A stretch of DNA of 56,244 bases from an uncultured Vicinamibacteraceae bacterium (GTDB lineage: Bacteria > Acidobacteriota > Vicinamibacteria > Vicinamibacterales > Vicinamibacteraceae). The stretch covers positions 22,735 to 78,978 of the forward strand of contig CAYMAG010000013.1 in assembly GCA_964388335.1 (NCBI GenBank), in the 5' to 3' direction. The notes beneath the pieces are model-generated. The model did no database searches, was not told the origin of the DNA, and worked only from the letters and a program-made list of their open reading frames with translations. How positions within the stretch are numbered: the first letter of the stretch is position 1; each line of letters begins with the position of its first letter. The position numbers were made by a program, and so were the translations under genes. Shown piece after piece: positions 43,540-52,838 of this stretch.

Positions 43540-44331
43540 ATGCACATGTTTCGATCAGCGGCGGCCTGGCTGGTCGCCGCGGGACTCGCCGTCGCCTCGA
43601 TCGCGGGACCGGCGTGCAGCGCGCCGTCGGCGGCCCCACGGGTCGCGGCCGCGTCGGATCTGCAGTTCGCGCTGACCGACGTGGCGGCGCAATTCGCGTC
43701 GGACACCGGGCAGCGCGTCGACCTCGTGTTCGGGTCGTCCGGCATGCTGGCCCGGCAGATCGAGGACGGCGCGCCGTTCGAGATCTTCCTGTCCGCCGAC
43801 GAGGCGTTCGTCGATCGCCTGTCCCGCGCGGGACGAACACGCGATGACGGGACGTTGTACGCCATCGGGCGGATCGTCCTCTTCGCGCCGCCGGGGTCGC
43901 CGCTGGTGCCGGGTGAGGGCTTGCCCGGGCTCGCGCGGTTGCTCGAGCGGGGCGACGTTCCGCGTTTCGCAATCGCCAACCCCGAGCACGCGCCCTACGG
44001 CCGCGCGGCCGAACAGGCGCTGCGGACGCATGCGCTGTGGACCCCGCTGCAGCCGGCCCTCGTCCTCGGCGAGAACGTCTCGCAGGCGGCGCAGTTCGCC
44101 ACGACGGGCAATGCGATCGGCGGCATCATCGCCTACTCGCTGGCCCTCGCCCCTGCGCTGCGCGAGAAGGGCACGCATGCGCTCATCCCCGCCGGCGACC
44201 ACGCCCCGCTGCGCCAGCGCATGGTGCTGCTGGCCGACGCCGGTCCGGTGGCGGAGCGCTTCTACGGTTATCTCCAGGCGCCTGCCGCTCGCGCGACGCT
44301 GGCCCGGTACGGGTTCGCGCTCCCGGAGTAA
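43540..44331 (+). CDS. modA: molybdate ABC transporter substrate-binding protein
   Basis: Signal peptide MHMFRSAAAWLVAAGLAVASIAG. ...VFGSSGMLARQIEDGAPFEIFLSADEAFVDRL... is typical of ModA. Confidence 0.85.
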   Translation: MHMFRSAAAWLVAAGLAVASIAGPACSAPSAAPRVAAASDLQFALTDVAAQFASDTGQRVDLVFGSSGMLARQIEDGAPFEIFLSADEAFVDRLSRAGRTRDDGTLYAIGRIVLFAPPGSPLVPGEGLPGLARLLERGDVPRFAIANPEHAPYGRAAEQALRTHALWTPLQPALVLGENVSQAAQFATTGNAIGGIIAYSLALAPALREKGTHALIPAGDHAPLRQRMVLLADAGPVAERFYGYLQAPAARATLARYGFALPE

Positions 44332-44334
44332 CGC

Positions 44335-45003
44335 ATGGACGTCGCCGCCCTGCGCATCTCGCTCGCGCTCGCCGTCGCCACCGTCCTGGTCCTGCTACCG
44401 CTCGGTGTGTGCGCGGCGCACGCGCTGGCAGTCCGCACATTCCGCGGCAAGGCCGTCGTCGAAGCGCTCGTGGCCGTGCCCCTGCTGCTGCCTCCGACCG
44501 TGCTGGGGTTCTACCTGCTGCAGCTGTTCAGTGACCGCGCGCCGCTCGGCGCCGCCTTCGCAGCCGTCGTCGGACAGCCGCTGGCGTTCTCGTTCGCCGG
44601 CCTGCTGGTGGCCTCGGTGATCGTCAACGTGCCGTTCGTCGTGCAGCCGATTCAACGGGCATTCGAAGCGGTGCCTGAGGAGGTACGGGACGCGGCGGCG
44701 TGCTCCGGCCTGTCGCCCCTGCAGCGGTTCCTGCGGATCGAGGTGCCGCTGGCCTGGCCGGGCATCGTCACCGCCGCGATGCTGGCGTTCGCGCACACGC
44801 TCGGCGAGTTCGGCGTCGTGCTGATGGTGGGCGGCAACATTCCCGGTGAGACGCGCACGCTCAGCATCGCCATCTACGACCGCATGCAGGCGTTCGACGA
44901 CCGCGCCGCCGGCGTCATGGCGGCGACGCTGCTGGCGATCGCCGTGGCGACGCTCAGCCTCACGACGTGGCTCGCGCAGTCGACAAGGCGCCGGCGTGGG
45001 TAG
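44335..45003 (+). CDS. modB: molybdate ABC transporter permease
   Basis: Five to six TM helices and the EAA-like loop ...DAAACSGLSPLQRFLRIEVPLAWPGI. Confidence 0.85.
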   Translation: MDVAALRISLALAVATVLVLLPLGVCAAHALAVRTFRGKAVVEALVAVPLLLPPTVLGFYLLQLFSDRAPLGAAFAAVVGQPLAFSFAGLLVASVIVNVPFVVQPIQRAFEAVPEEVRDAAACSGLSPLQRFLRIEVPLAWPGIVTAAMLAFAHTLGEFGVVLMVGGNIPGETRTLSIAIYDRMQAFDDRAAGVMAATLLAIAVATLSLTTWLAQSTRRRRG

Positions 45004-46111
45004 CGCGCTGTCGGTGCGACTGCACCAGCGCGACCCCGTCCCGCTGGACGTGTCGTTCACGTGCGAGCCCCGGCAGGTGCTGGCGATCTTCGGTCCGTCC
45101 GGCAGCGGCAAGACGACGATTCTCCGCAGTATCGCCGGCCTCCATCATCCGGCGGAGGCCCTGGTGCGCGTCGGGTCGGACACCTGGTGCGACTCGTCGA
45201 CACGCATCGACGTGCCCGTGCACCGGCGTGCCGTTGGCGTGGTCTTCCAGGAGTACGGCCTGTTCCCGCATCTGACGGCGCTCGGCAACGTCATGACGGC
45301 GCTGGGGCACCTCCCCCGCGCTGAACGGGCGGCGCGTGCCGACGCGTTGCTGCGCCTCGTGCATCTCACCACCCACGGCGACCGCCGGCCCTCCGAACTC
45401 TCGGGCGGGGAGCGGCAGCGCGTGGCGGTAGCCCGTGCGCTTGCGCGTGACCCGGCGGTGCTGCTGCTCGACGAACCGTTCGCGGCCGTCGATCGCACGG
45501 TCCGCCGGCACCTGCAGGACGAGATCGACGAGATTCGTCATTCGCTCGACATACCGGTGGTCCTGGTGACACACGACTTCGATGACGTCCTGCGTCTGGC
45601 GAGCCACATCGTGCTGCTCGATCGCGGTCGCGTCCTGGCGAGCGGCGCGCTGCAGGACCTCACGAGCCGGCCCGACATGCCGTGGCTGCGATCCGCTGTG
45701 GGGTTGGGCAGCCTGTGGGAGGCGACGGTGGCACGCACGCTGCCGGACCGCCGCCTGGCCGAGCTGGCCGTCGCCGGTGGGACGCTGCTGGCCCCCGGCC
45801 GGTCCTTGTCGGCCGGCATGAAGGTGCGCGTGCGCATTCCCGCGCGCGACGTCATTCTCGCGACGGAGGTGCCGCGCGGCCTCAGCCTGCACAACGCGTT
45901 GTCAGGCGTGGTGTCGGCGATCGAAGTCGATGCGAGCGCCGACTGCGCCATCGTCCAGATGCGCGTCGGCGACCAGCAACTGCTGGCGGAGGTCACACGT
46001 GATGCGGTATCCCGTCTCGGTCTGGCCGTCGGGCAGCCCGTTCATGCGCTGATCAAGTCGGTGTCCCTGGAGCTGCGCGGGCCGGCCGTGGCGTCTGAGG
46101 CGCCGCGATGA
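44996..46111 (+). CDS. modC: molybdate ABC transporter ATP-binding protein with C-terminal TOBE domain
   Basis: GTG start overlapping the modB stop. Walker A GPSGSGKTT, signature LSGGERQRVAVARAL, Walker B LLLDEPF, and a C-terminal TOBE-like ...VQMRVGDQQLLAEV... Confidence 0.85.
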   Translation: MGSALSVRLHQRDPVPLDVSFTCEPRQVLAIFGPSGSGKTTILRSIAGLHHPAEALVRVGSDTWCDSSTRIDVPVHRRAVGVVFQEYGLFPHLTALGNVMTALGHLPRAERAARADALLRLVHLTTHGDRRPSELSGGERQRVAVARALARDPAVLLLDEPFAAVDRTVRRHLQDEIDEIRHSLDIPVVLVTHDFDDVLRLASHIVLLDRGRVLASGALQDLTSRPDMPWLRSAVGLGSLWEATVARTLPDRRLAELAVAGGTLLAPGRSLSAGMKVRVRIPARDVILATEVPRGLSLHNALSGVVSAIEVDASADCAIVQMRVGDQQLLAEVTRDAVSRLGLAVGQPVHALIKSVSLELRGPAVASEAPR

Positions 46112-46303
46112 ACCGGCGTGTGCGGCACACGTGCATGGACGCCAGTCCCGCACAATCTCCTCGCCGACGTCAATATCAGAGCCGGGCTGATCGAGAACCG
46201 CTGGTCTTCCCGGCAGGGCTTTCCCGTGAACCACGATACGACTTGCTGGTGACCAACGTTCCAGCGCTCGCACTCGGAGTATCCTGTAACGCAGGAGAAC
46301 GCC

Positions 46304-47215
46304 ATGGACGTCGAACGCAGCGCGCAGGAGTTCCGTAGCCGACTGGGCAGCCTGCTCAAGTGCGTGCAGCCAGCCGTGAACCCGCGGACCAGTCTGCAGC
46401 GGCGCGGCGACCGCTGGACGATTCGGGCGCGCGTCGGGACCTTTCGTGTCTTTCGCGTCAGTCCGCGCATGCTGACCTTCGACTCCGAGGAACTGCGGCT
46501 GCCGGCAGACATGCCCCTGTCGATCGCCGAGGCCGGCATCCAGGCACACACGCTGATGGTGGCCCTCGAAGCCCTGGCGCCCGACACGGCTGCCGACTGG
46601 GAGACGGTACTTGGACAGGCGGAGGACGACCTCCACGCGCTGGTCGGCGACGAACTCCGCACCGCCTTCGTGCGACGTGGACTGCGGGGCGTGCGCAAGG
46701 TGGCCGCGCAGGTGCCGCTCGACGCCGTGGCCGACGCGACAGCCGAACCCACCGACGTGGCCGTGCTCGTGCGCGCCTTCGCGCACCCCGACGTGCTCGA
46801 GCCGCTGCGCAGCGACGACCCGCTCGCCCCAGCTCGGCTTCGGGGCCTGCAGGAACGCGAGCGCTTGCTGCAGGCCGAAGGCGGCACCTGGGATGCCGTC
46901 GCCGTCGCGTCGCACCTGCGCCTGACGCGCCAGGCAGTGAACCGCCGGCGCCAGAAGGGCGCGCTCCTGGCACTCGACGCCGGTCGTCGGGGCTTCATCT
47001 ACCCGGCCTGGCAATTCACTCGGCAGGGTACCGTGGCCGGTCTCGAGCACGTCCTGGACGCACTGCGGCCCCATGACCCGTGGATGCAGCAAGCCTTCGT
47101 CCTGGCTCCCAACGTCAGGCTCGACGGCCAGACGCCGTTGGCAGCGATGCGTGCCGGCCGGTCGGACGAGGTCGTGGAAGCCGCGTCGGCGTCCGGAACG
47201 CATGGCGCGGCGTGA
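46304..47215 (+). CDS. Xre-like HTH + DUF2384 (ParS/MbcA-type) antitoxin domain fused to a ~190 aa N-terminal extension of unknown function
   Basis: The C-terminal 110 aa, ...LRLTRQAVNRRRQKGALLAL...FVLAPNVRLDGQTPLAAMRAGRSDEVVEA, match the RES-antitoxin C-terminal domain pattern (pn..LgG.tPl.ll....G...V). AGGAGAA RBS at 46304. Confidence 0.6.
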   Translation: MDVERSAQEFRSRLGSLLKCVQPAVNPRTSLQRRGDRWTIRARVGTFRVFRVSPRMLTFDSEELRLPADMPLSIAEAGIQAHTLMVALEALAPDTAADWETVLGQAEDDLHALVGDELRTAFVRRGLRGVRKVAAQVPLDAVADATAEPTDVAVLVRAFAHPDVLEPLRSDDPLAPARLRGLQERERLLQAEGGTWDAVAVASHLRLTRQAVNRRRQKGALLALDAGRRGFIYPAWQFTRQGTVAGLEHVLDALRPHDPWMQQAFVLAPNVRLDGQTPLAAMRAGRSDEVVEAASASGTHGAA

Positions 47216-47399
47216 CCTCGGGCCGCTGGCCGCGCCGCCAGCTTCGTTGGCCACACGCGCGCTGCCGCTCACGACATGGGCCTCGACGCTCGTCCGCCTC
47301 CATCGACTCGACCACGCCCCGCTCTTCTTCGGCCGGACGGGCACGAACCGCTTCGACGCGCCCGACCGATCCTACGGTGTCCTCTACTTGACCGGGTAG
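47202..47399 (+). pseudogene. RES-domain toxin gene truncated after ~66 codons
   Basis: 14-nt overlap with the upstream antitoxin gene. ...LVRLHRLDHAPLFFGRTGTNRFDAPDRSYGVLYLTG* covers only the RES N-terminal region (first conserved Arg). The E and S motifs are absent. A convergent minus-strand gene overlaps the truncation point. Confidence 0.5.
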
Positions 47400-48091
47400 A
47401 GGCGGTCGGCGATCGTGTCGCGATGGAAGGCCGAGTGCTCGCGGATGTCGGCCCACCCGCCGGCAACGCCGGTGCTTGCCGCGGCGGCGGCCGCGCGGTC
47501 GGTGCCGAAGTCCTGCCAGGAGTCGTACCGGCTGATCGTCAGGAAGGTCCAGTCGCCGCCCTCGAGGTGCTGCAGGATCACGGTGCCGGGCTGCACCTTG
47601 CTCGGCGCACCCGCGGCGCTCAGCGCCGCCAGCAGCGCGGCGCGATGGCCGGGCACGGCACGCTGCACGCTCACGATGTAGACCTGGCTCGACGCGTTCG
47701 CCGATCCACCGATCCCCATCTGCCTGGTGAACTCGCCCCACGACGGCCCGGTGACGAACGTGTCGCTGTGCCACGCGCCGAGCGCCTGCGCACCGGCTGG
47801 CGGGGGCTGGGTGGTCGCCGCGATCTCGGCCTTCGCGCCCATGTGCTGAATCACGACGAAGTCCCAGTCGTCGCCTTCCTGGTGCCGCAGGACCACGAAG
47901 TGATCCGGCATGGCCAGGGAGCTGTCGGGCGTCATCAGCTCCTTGGCGTGCGCCACGGCCTGCCCGGGGGCCGACTTGGCGAAGTGTACGTGGTAGATGT
48001 CCGTGCCGGTGGCCGGCGCGGTCTGCGCGGAGGCCGTCGCCGCGGCAGCAACGCACGAACAGACAACGAGACCTGCAACGATGGTTCGCAT
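47384..48091 (-). CDS. secreted protein with two tandem ~100 aa repeats (signal peptide MRTIVAGLVVCSCVAAAATASAQ)
   Basis: Internal repeat HFVVLRHQEGDDWDFVVIQHMG / GTVILQHLEGGDWTFLTISRYD. Coherent ORF. Confidence 0.6.
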   Translation of the reverse strand: MRTIVAGLVVCSCVAAAATASAQTAPATGTDIYHVHFAKSAPGQAVAHAKELMTPDSSLAMPDHFVVLRHQEGDDWDFVVIQHMGAKAEIAATTQPPPAGAQALGAWHSDTFVTGPSWGEFTRQMGIGGSANASSQVYIVSVQRAVPGHRAALLAALSAAGAPSKVQPGTVILQHLEGGDWTFLTISRYDSWQDFGTDRAAAAAASTGVAGGWADIREHSAFHRDTIADRLYPVK

Positions 48092-48340
48092 CGAACCCTC
48101 CTGTCCTGCCGACGCCGAAAGTCAAGCCCCCGGACGAGTTCTCGGGAGGCCAGTTCGGCTGGGGGACCGCCGCAGACCCTATCACGGATGAGTTTAGGGG
48201 AGGAAGTTCGTCAGCTTCAGCCGTGAGGCACCAGGCCGCGCACGAACGCGAGCCGAAGCCAGCCGCCAACGTGATAATCATGCTGTTCTGGAAACAGATC
48301 CCTCGTCTTCGACGGATTCCTGTAGGTTTGCAGTCCTGAC

Positions 48341-49528
48341 ATGCTGCTGGAGACGCCCTTTCACCCGCGAACCGCCCCGTTGATACGGGCGCAGACCTGG
48401 CGTCGCTGGGCCGGTCATCAGGTCGCGTCGGCGTACGACCCCCAGCCCGATCGCGAGTACGCGGCGATCCGCAATGCGGCGGCGCTTCTCGACGTGTCGC
48501 CGCTCTACAAGTACCTGATCACGGGACCCGACGCGGCGCGGCTGCTCGACCGTATGGTCACACGGGACGTAACCAGGTGCGCCGTCGGCCAGGTGCTGTA
48601 CACACCGTGGTGCGACGCCCACGGCAAGGTGATCGACGACGGCACGATCAGCCGCCTCGACGCTGGTACGTACCGCCTGACGAGCGCCGAGCCGAACACG
48701 CGGTGGCTGCGGCTGAACGCGCAGGGCATGGACGTGAACATCGAGGACGTGTCGGCACAGGTCGGAGCGCTCGCGCTCCAGGGCCCCTTGTCCCGGGCCA
48801 TCCTCGAGCAGTTGTGCCCGGCGGACGTCGGCTCGCTCAGGTATTTTCGACTCGTCCACACCAGGCTGCGCGACGTGCCTGTCACGATCTCGCGCACCGG
48901 CTACACGGGCGACCTCGGCTTCGAGATCTGGGTTCCCGCCGAGCGCGCCGTCGAGGTGTGGGACGCGCTCATCGCCGCCGGCACGCCGTACGGCATCACT
49001 CCGGCGGGGATCTGGGCGCTCGACATCGCGCGCATCGAGGCCGGCCTCATCATGCTCGACGTGGACTACGTCCCGGCGCACCACGCGCTCATCGAGGATC
49101 AGAAATCGACGCCTCACGAGATCAACCTCGGCTGGACCGTGAGCGAGACGAAGGGGCCGTTCAACGGGCAGGGCGCGCTCCGCGAACAGAAACGGCGCGG
49201 CGCAGCGTGGAGCTTCGTCGGGCTCGAGGTGGACTGGGTGTCGTTCGAGCGGCTGCACCACGAGCGCGGCCTCGCGCCGCACGTACCGAACATCGCGTGG
49301 CGGGCGAGCGCGCCCATCCATCGTAGTGGGAAGCAGATCGGTTACGCGACCAGCGGAACGTGGTCGCCACTCCTCAAGAAGTACATCGTGCTCGGCCACG
49401 TCGACGCCGCACATGGCGCGCCGGGCACGGAGGTCGAGCTGGAGATGACCGTCGAGCACCGTCGAAAACGGCCGCGCGCAACGATTCGCAGGCTTCCCTT
49501 CTTCGACCCGCCGAGGAAGCGCGCGTGA
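48341..49528 (+). CDS. aminomethyltransferase-family (GcvT-like, folate-binding) protein
   Basis: ...RNAAALLDVSPLYKYLITGPDA..., ...GYTGDLGFEIWVP... and the C-terminal barrel ...GTEVELEM... are typical of GcvT/DmdA-type proteins. Confidence 0.8.
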   Translation: MLLETPFHPRTAPLIRAQTWRRWAGHQVASAYDPQPDREYAAIRNAAALLDVSPLYKYLITGPDAARLLDRMVTRDVTRCAVGQVLYTPWCDAHGKVIDDGTISRLDAGTYRLTSAEPNTRWLRLNAQGMDVNIEDVSAQVGALALQGPLSRAILEQLCPADVGSLRYFRLVHTRLRDVPVTISRTGYTGDLGFEIWVPAERAVEVWDALIAAGTPYGITPAGIWALDIARIEAGLIMLDVDYVPAHHALIEDQKSTPHEINLGWTVSETKGPFNGQGALREQKRRGAAWSFVGLEVDWVSFERLHHERGLAPHVPNIAWRASAPIHRSGKQIGYATSGTWSPLLKKYIVLGHVDAAHGAPGTEVELEMTVEHRRKRPRATIRRLPFFDPPRKRA

Positions 49529-49546
49529 CACTCCTCCTTCCGTGAC

Positions 49547-51136
49547 GTGGCCAGCAACCGGTACGACGCGATCGTCATCGGCGGCGGCCACAACGGCCTC
49601 GTCGCCGCCGCCTACCTCGCGCGGGCGAAGAAGCGGGTCGTGGTGCTCGAACGCCGTCCGCTCGTCGGCGGCGCGGCCGTGACGGAGGAGATCCACCCCG
49701 GCTTCAAGTTCTCCGTCTTCTCGTACGTCGTGAGCCTGCTGCGGCCCGAGATCATTCGCGATCTCGACCTGCCGGCGCACGGACTGCAGATCCTCCCGCT
49801 CGAGAGCACGGTGACGCCGCTCGAGAACGGCGATTACCTCGCCGGGTGGGCCGATGCGGACGAGACACGGCGCGAGCTGCGTCGCCATTCGCCGCACGAC
49901 GCCGAGGCGATGGCGATCTTCGGGCGCCTGATGCAACACATGGCGATGGCGGTGAAGCCGATCCTCGGCATGGTCCCCCCCGATCCGGCGTCGTTGTCCC
50001 CCGGCGACCTCAAGGGACTGCTCACGCTCGGCGGACACTTCCGCTCCCTGGGCGCCGAGCGATTCCACGCGCTCTACAAGCTCATGACCATGAGCAGCGC
50101 GGATTACCTGGACGAATGGTTCGAGTTCGGTCCGCTCAAGGCGACGAAATCGGCCAGCGGCATCATCGGGACGTTCCTCGGGCCGCGCTCGCCGGGGTCG
50201 GCCTACGTGCTGCTGCACCACTACATGGGCGAGATCGACGGCGCGTTCCGCGCGTGGGGATTCCAGAAGGGCGGCACTGGCGGAATCAGTGGTGCCATTG
50301 CGAGCGCCGCGCGCTCGTATGGGGCTGAGATCCGGACGGACGCGCCGGTCGAGAAGGTCCTCACGAAGGGCGGCACCGTGGTTGGCGTCGCGCTCGCGAA
50401 CGGCGACGAGTTCCGCGCGCCGATCGTGGTGTCTGGACTCGACCCGCGCCGGACGTTCCTGAACCTGCTCGATCCGCGTCAGTTGCCGGCGGATCTCGTG
50501 GATGGCGTGAACCGCTACAAGTTCCGCGGCTCGTCCGGCAAGGTGAATCTCGCGCTCAGCGGTCTTCCCGAGTTCACCTGCCTGAAGCACGACACGGGAC
50601 TCATGCTGCGCGCGACGCGGGGCGCGTTCTCGATCTCGCCGAGCATCGAGTACCTCGAGCGCGCCTACGACGACGCGAAGTACGGCCAGTTCTCCGCGAA
50701 CCCGTACATGGACATCGTCGTCGGCTCGATGATCGATCCCGGCATGGCGCCGCCCGGCAAACACGTCATGAGCATCTTCGTCCAGTACGCGCCGTACAAC
50801 ATCACCGGCGGCTGGAACGATGCGAACCGCGACGCCTTCGGCAACGCGGTGATCAAGACGCTGGCGCGCTTCGCGCCGAACATCGAGTCGCTGATCCTGC
50901 ACAAGCAGGTGCTGACGCCGGCCGACATCGAGCGCATCACCGGACTGAGCGAGGGCAACATCTTCCAGGGCGAACTCGCGCTGCACCAGCTGTTCTTCCT
51001 GCGGCCGGTCCCCGCATGGGCGAAGTACCGCACGCCAGTGCGCGGATTCTGGCAGTGCGGCGCCGGCACGCATCCCGGTGGAGGAATCATGGGGGCAAGC
51101 GGAAGACTCGCGGCGCTGGAGATCCTCGGCGCGTGA
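49547..51136 (+). CDS. phytoene-desaturase-like (CrtI/amine-oxidase family) FAD-dependent oxidoreductase
   Basis: YDAIVIGGGHNGLVAAAYLARAKKRVVVLERRPLVGGAA dinucleotide fold. C-terminal ...RTPVRGFWQCGAGTHPGGGIMGASG is typical of COG1233. Confidence 0.8.
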   Translation: MASNRYDAIVIGGGHNGLVAAAYLARAKKRVVVLERRPLVGGAAVTEEIHPGFKFSVFSYVVSLLRPEIIRDLDLPAHGLQILPLESTVTPLENGDYLAGWADADETRRELRRHSPHDAEAMAIFGRLMQHMAMAVKPILGMVPPDPASLSPGDLKGLLTLGGHFRSLGAERFHALYKLMTMSSADYLDEWFEFGPLKATKSASGIIGTFLGPRSPGSAYVLLHHYMGEIDGAFRAWGFQKGGTGGISGAIASAARSYGAEIRTDAPVEKVLTKGGTVVGVALANGDEFRAPIVVSGLDPRRTFLNLLDPRQLPADLVDGVNRYKFRGSSGKVNLALSGLPEFTCLKHDTGLMLRATRGAFSISPSIEYLERAYDDAKYGQFSANPYMDIVVGSMIDPGMAPPGKHVMSIFVQYAPYNITGGWNDANRDAFGNAVIKTLARFAPNIESLILHKQVLTPADIERITGLSEGNIFQGELALHQLFFLRPVPAWAKYRTPVRGFWQCGAGTHPGGGIMGASGRLAALEILGA

Positions 51137-52686
51137 CATACGATGCCATCGTGATCGGCGCCGGCCCGAACGGCCTCGTCGCCGCGACGACGCTGGCGAT
51201 GCGGGGCACACGCGTGCTCGTGCTCGAGAGCGCGCCGGAGATCGGCGGCCACACGCGGACCATCGAGTTCGCGCCCGGTTTCCGCTCGCCGCTCAACGAG
51301 GACTGCGGCTGGATTCCGCCCCGCGTCCGCTCGGTCGTCGGGGGATTCAAGGGGTTGACGCAGGTTCCGCTCGACGCCTCGATGACCGTGGCCGGCGCGG
51401 ACGGCGCGCGGCTCACGCTGCACTCGAGTCCCGAGAAGGCCGCCGCGGAGATTCGCGTCCACTCGGATCGCGACGCGGCGCGGTGGCCGGCATTCGTCGC
51501 GCGCCTGCAGAGGTTCGCCGGGATTCTCGCCGAGCTGTATCAGCTCGCGCCGCCGGACATCGACACCCGATCGGTGGGTGAGATCCTTCCGCTCGTCGGC
51601 GTCGGACGCAAGCTGCGCGCGCTGGGCCGTGCGGACATGACCGAGTTCCTGCGGGTCGTGCCGATGTCCGTGCAGGATCTTCTGGACGATACCTTCGAGA
51701 GCGAGCTGCTCAAGGCCGCCCTTGCGGCGTGCGCGATTCGCGATCTGCAGCAGGGCCCGCGCTCCGGCGGCACGACGTTCAACCTGCTGCACTACATGGT
51801 GGGCGCGCCTGACGGCTCGGTGCGGGGACGACATCGCTTTCTCGAAGCGCCCGACAGCTTCGTGAAGGCCGTCGCCGACGCAGCCCGCACGCGCGGTGTC
51901 GAGATCCGGACGGGAGCGCCGGTCGTTCGCATCGACGTTCGCGAGGGCGCCATTGCGGGCGTGGTCCTCGAGGGCGGCGAGGAGATCGCCGCTCCGCGTG
52001 TCATCTCCACCGCCGACCCCAGCCGGACGGTGCGAATGGTGGATCCCGTGTGGCTCGATCCCGAGTTCATGCTCGGCGTCAGGAACGTCAAGCTCCGCGG
52101 GTGCACCGCGTTCGTGTTCTTCGCCGTGGATGCGGAAATCGCCGGCAAAGCCCATCACTCGACGACCGCGACGATCAGCCTCACGGCGGACACCACGACG
52201 CTGGAGAAGGCGGCCGACGCGGCCAAGTACGGCGAGTTGTCCGCCGAGCCCCACGTCGAGTTCTTCATCCCGTCGCAGCGGTGGCCCGGGCTCGCTCCGG
52301 ACGGCACGCACGTCATTGCCGCGCGCGTGCAGTACGCGCCGTACCACCTCGAGGGCGGGTGGACCGAGGCCCGGACCGCGGCGCTCCGGGACAAGGCGAC
52401 GGCCGCGATCGCACGCCTGATCCCGGAATTCGAGCACGCTATTCTTCATAGCGCGGTCCTCACGCCGCGCGACGTCGAGGAACGTTTCGGCGTCACCGAG
52501 GGCGCGCTCACGCACGGAGAGATGACGCTCGATCAGATCCTCTTCATGCGGCCCGTGCCGGGCTGGGGCCGTTACGCGATGCCGATCGATGGTCTCTTCC
52601 TCGGCGGTGCGGGTGCGCATCCCGGGCCGGGGATCCTTGGCGGCGCGGGGTATCTCGCCGCGCGCGCAGCCCTGCGGCAGATCTGA
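51133..52686 (+). CDS. phytoene-desaturase-like (CrtI/amine-oxidase family) FAD-dependent oxidoreductase, tandem paralog
   Basis: GTGA start/stop overlap with the upstream paralog. TYDAIVIGAGPNGLVAATTLAMRGTRVLVLESAPEIGGH...GLFLGGAGAHPGPGILGGAG. Confidence 0.8.
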   Translation: MTYDAIVIGAGPNGLVAATTLAMRGTRVLVLESAPEIGGHTRTIEFAPGFRSPLNEDCGWIPPRVRSVVGGFKGLTQVPLDASMTVAGADGARLTLHSSPEKAAAEIRVHSDRDAARWPAFVARLQRFAGILAELYQLAPPDIDTRSVGEILPLVGVGRKLRALGRADMTEFLRVVPMSVQDLLDDTFESELLKAALAACAIRDLQQGPRSGGTTFNLLHYMVGAPDGSVRGRHRFLEAPDSFVKAVADAARTRGVEIRTGAPVVRIDVREGAIAGVVLEGGEEIAAPRVISTADPSRTVRMVDPVWLDPEFMLGVRNVKLRGCTAFVFFAVDAEIAGKAHHSTTATISLTADTTTLEKAADAAKYGELSAEPHVEFFIPSQRWPGLAPDGTHVIAARVQYAPYHLEGGWTEARTAALRDKATAAIARLIPEFEHAILHSAVLTPRDVEERFGVTEGALTHGEMTLDQILFMRPVPGWGRYAMPIDGLFLGGAGAHPGPGILGGAGYLAARAALRQI

Positions 52687-52838
52687 ACGACGAGCTCGAG
52701 TCTTGCTGGATGCATGTTGCCTCTGGGCAGACGCCGTCATGGAAGAGGTGATCGTAAGATTCTTCGCGAACCTGTCTGGCCGCGTGGGCGCACGGACTCG
52801 TCCAGCACGCACGGGGTCGTGTAATCGTGGGCGTCTGC

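Noticed and set aside
48278-51211. 977-aa minus-strand ORF
   Set aside because: Arginine/alanine-rich translation with no motifs. It lies entirely antisense to three plus-strand genes with strong family signatures (GcvT-like, CrtI-like x2), so it is a high-GC antisense artefact.
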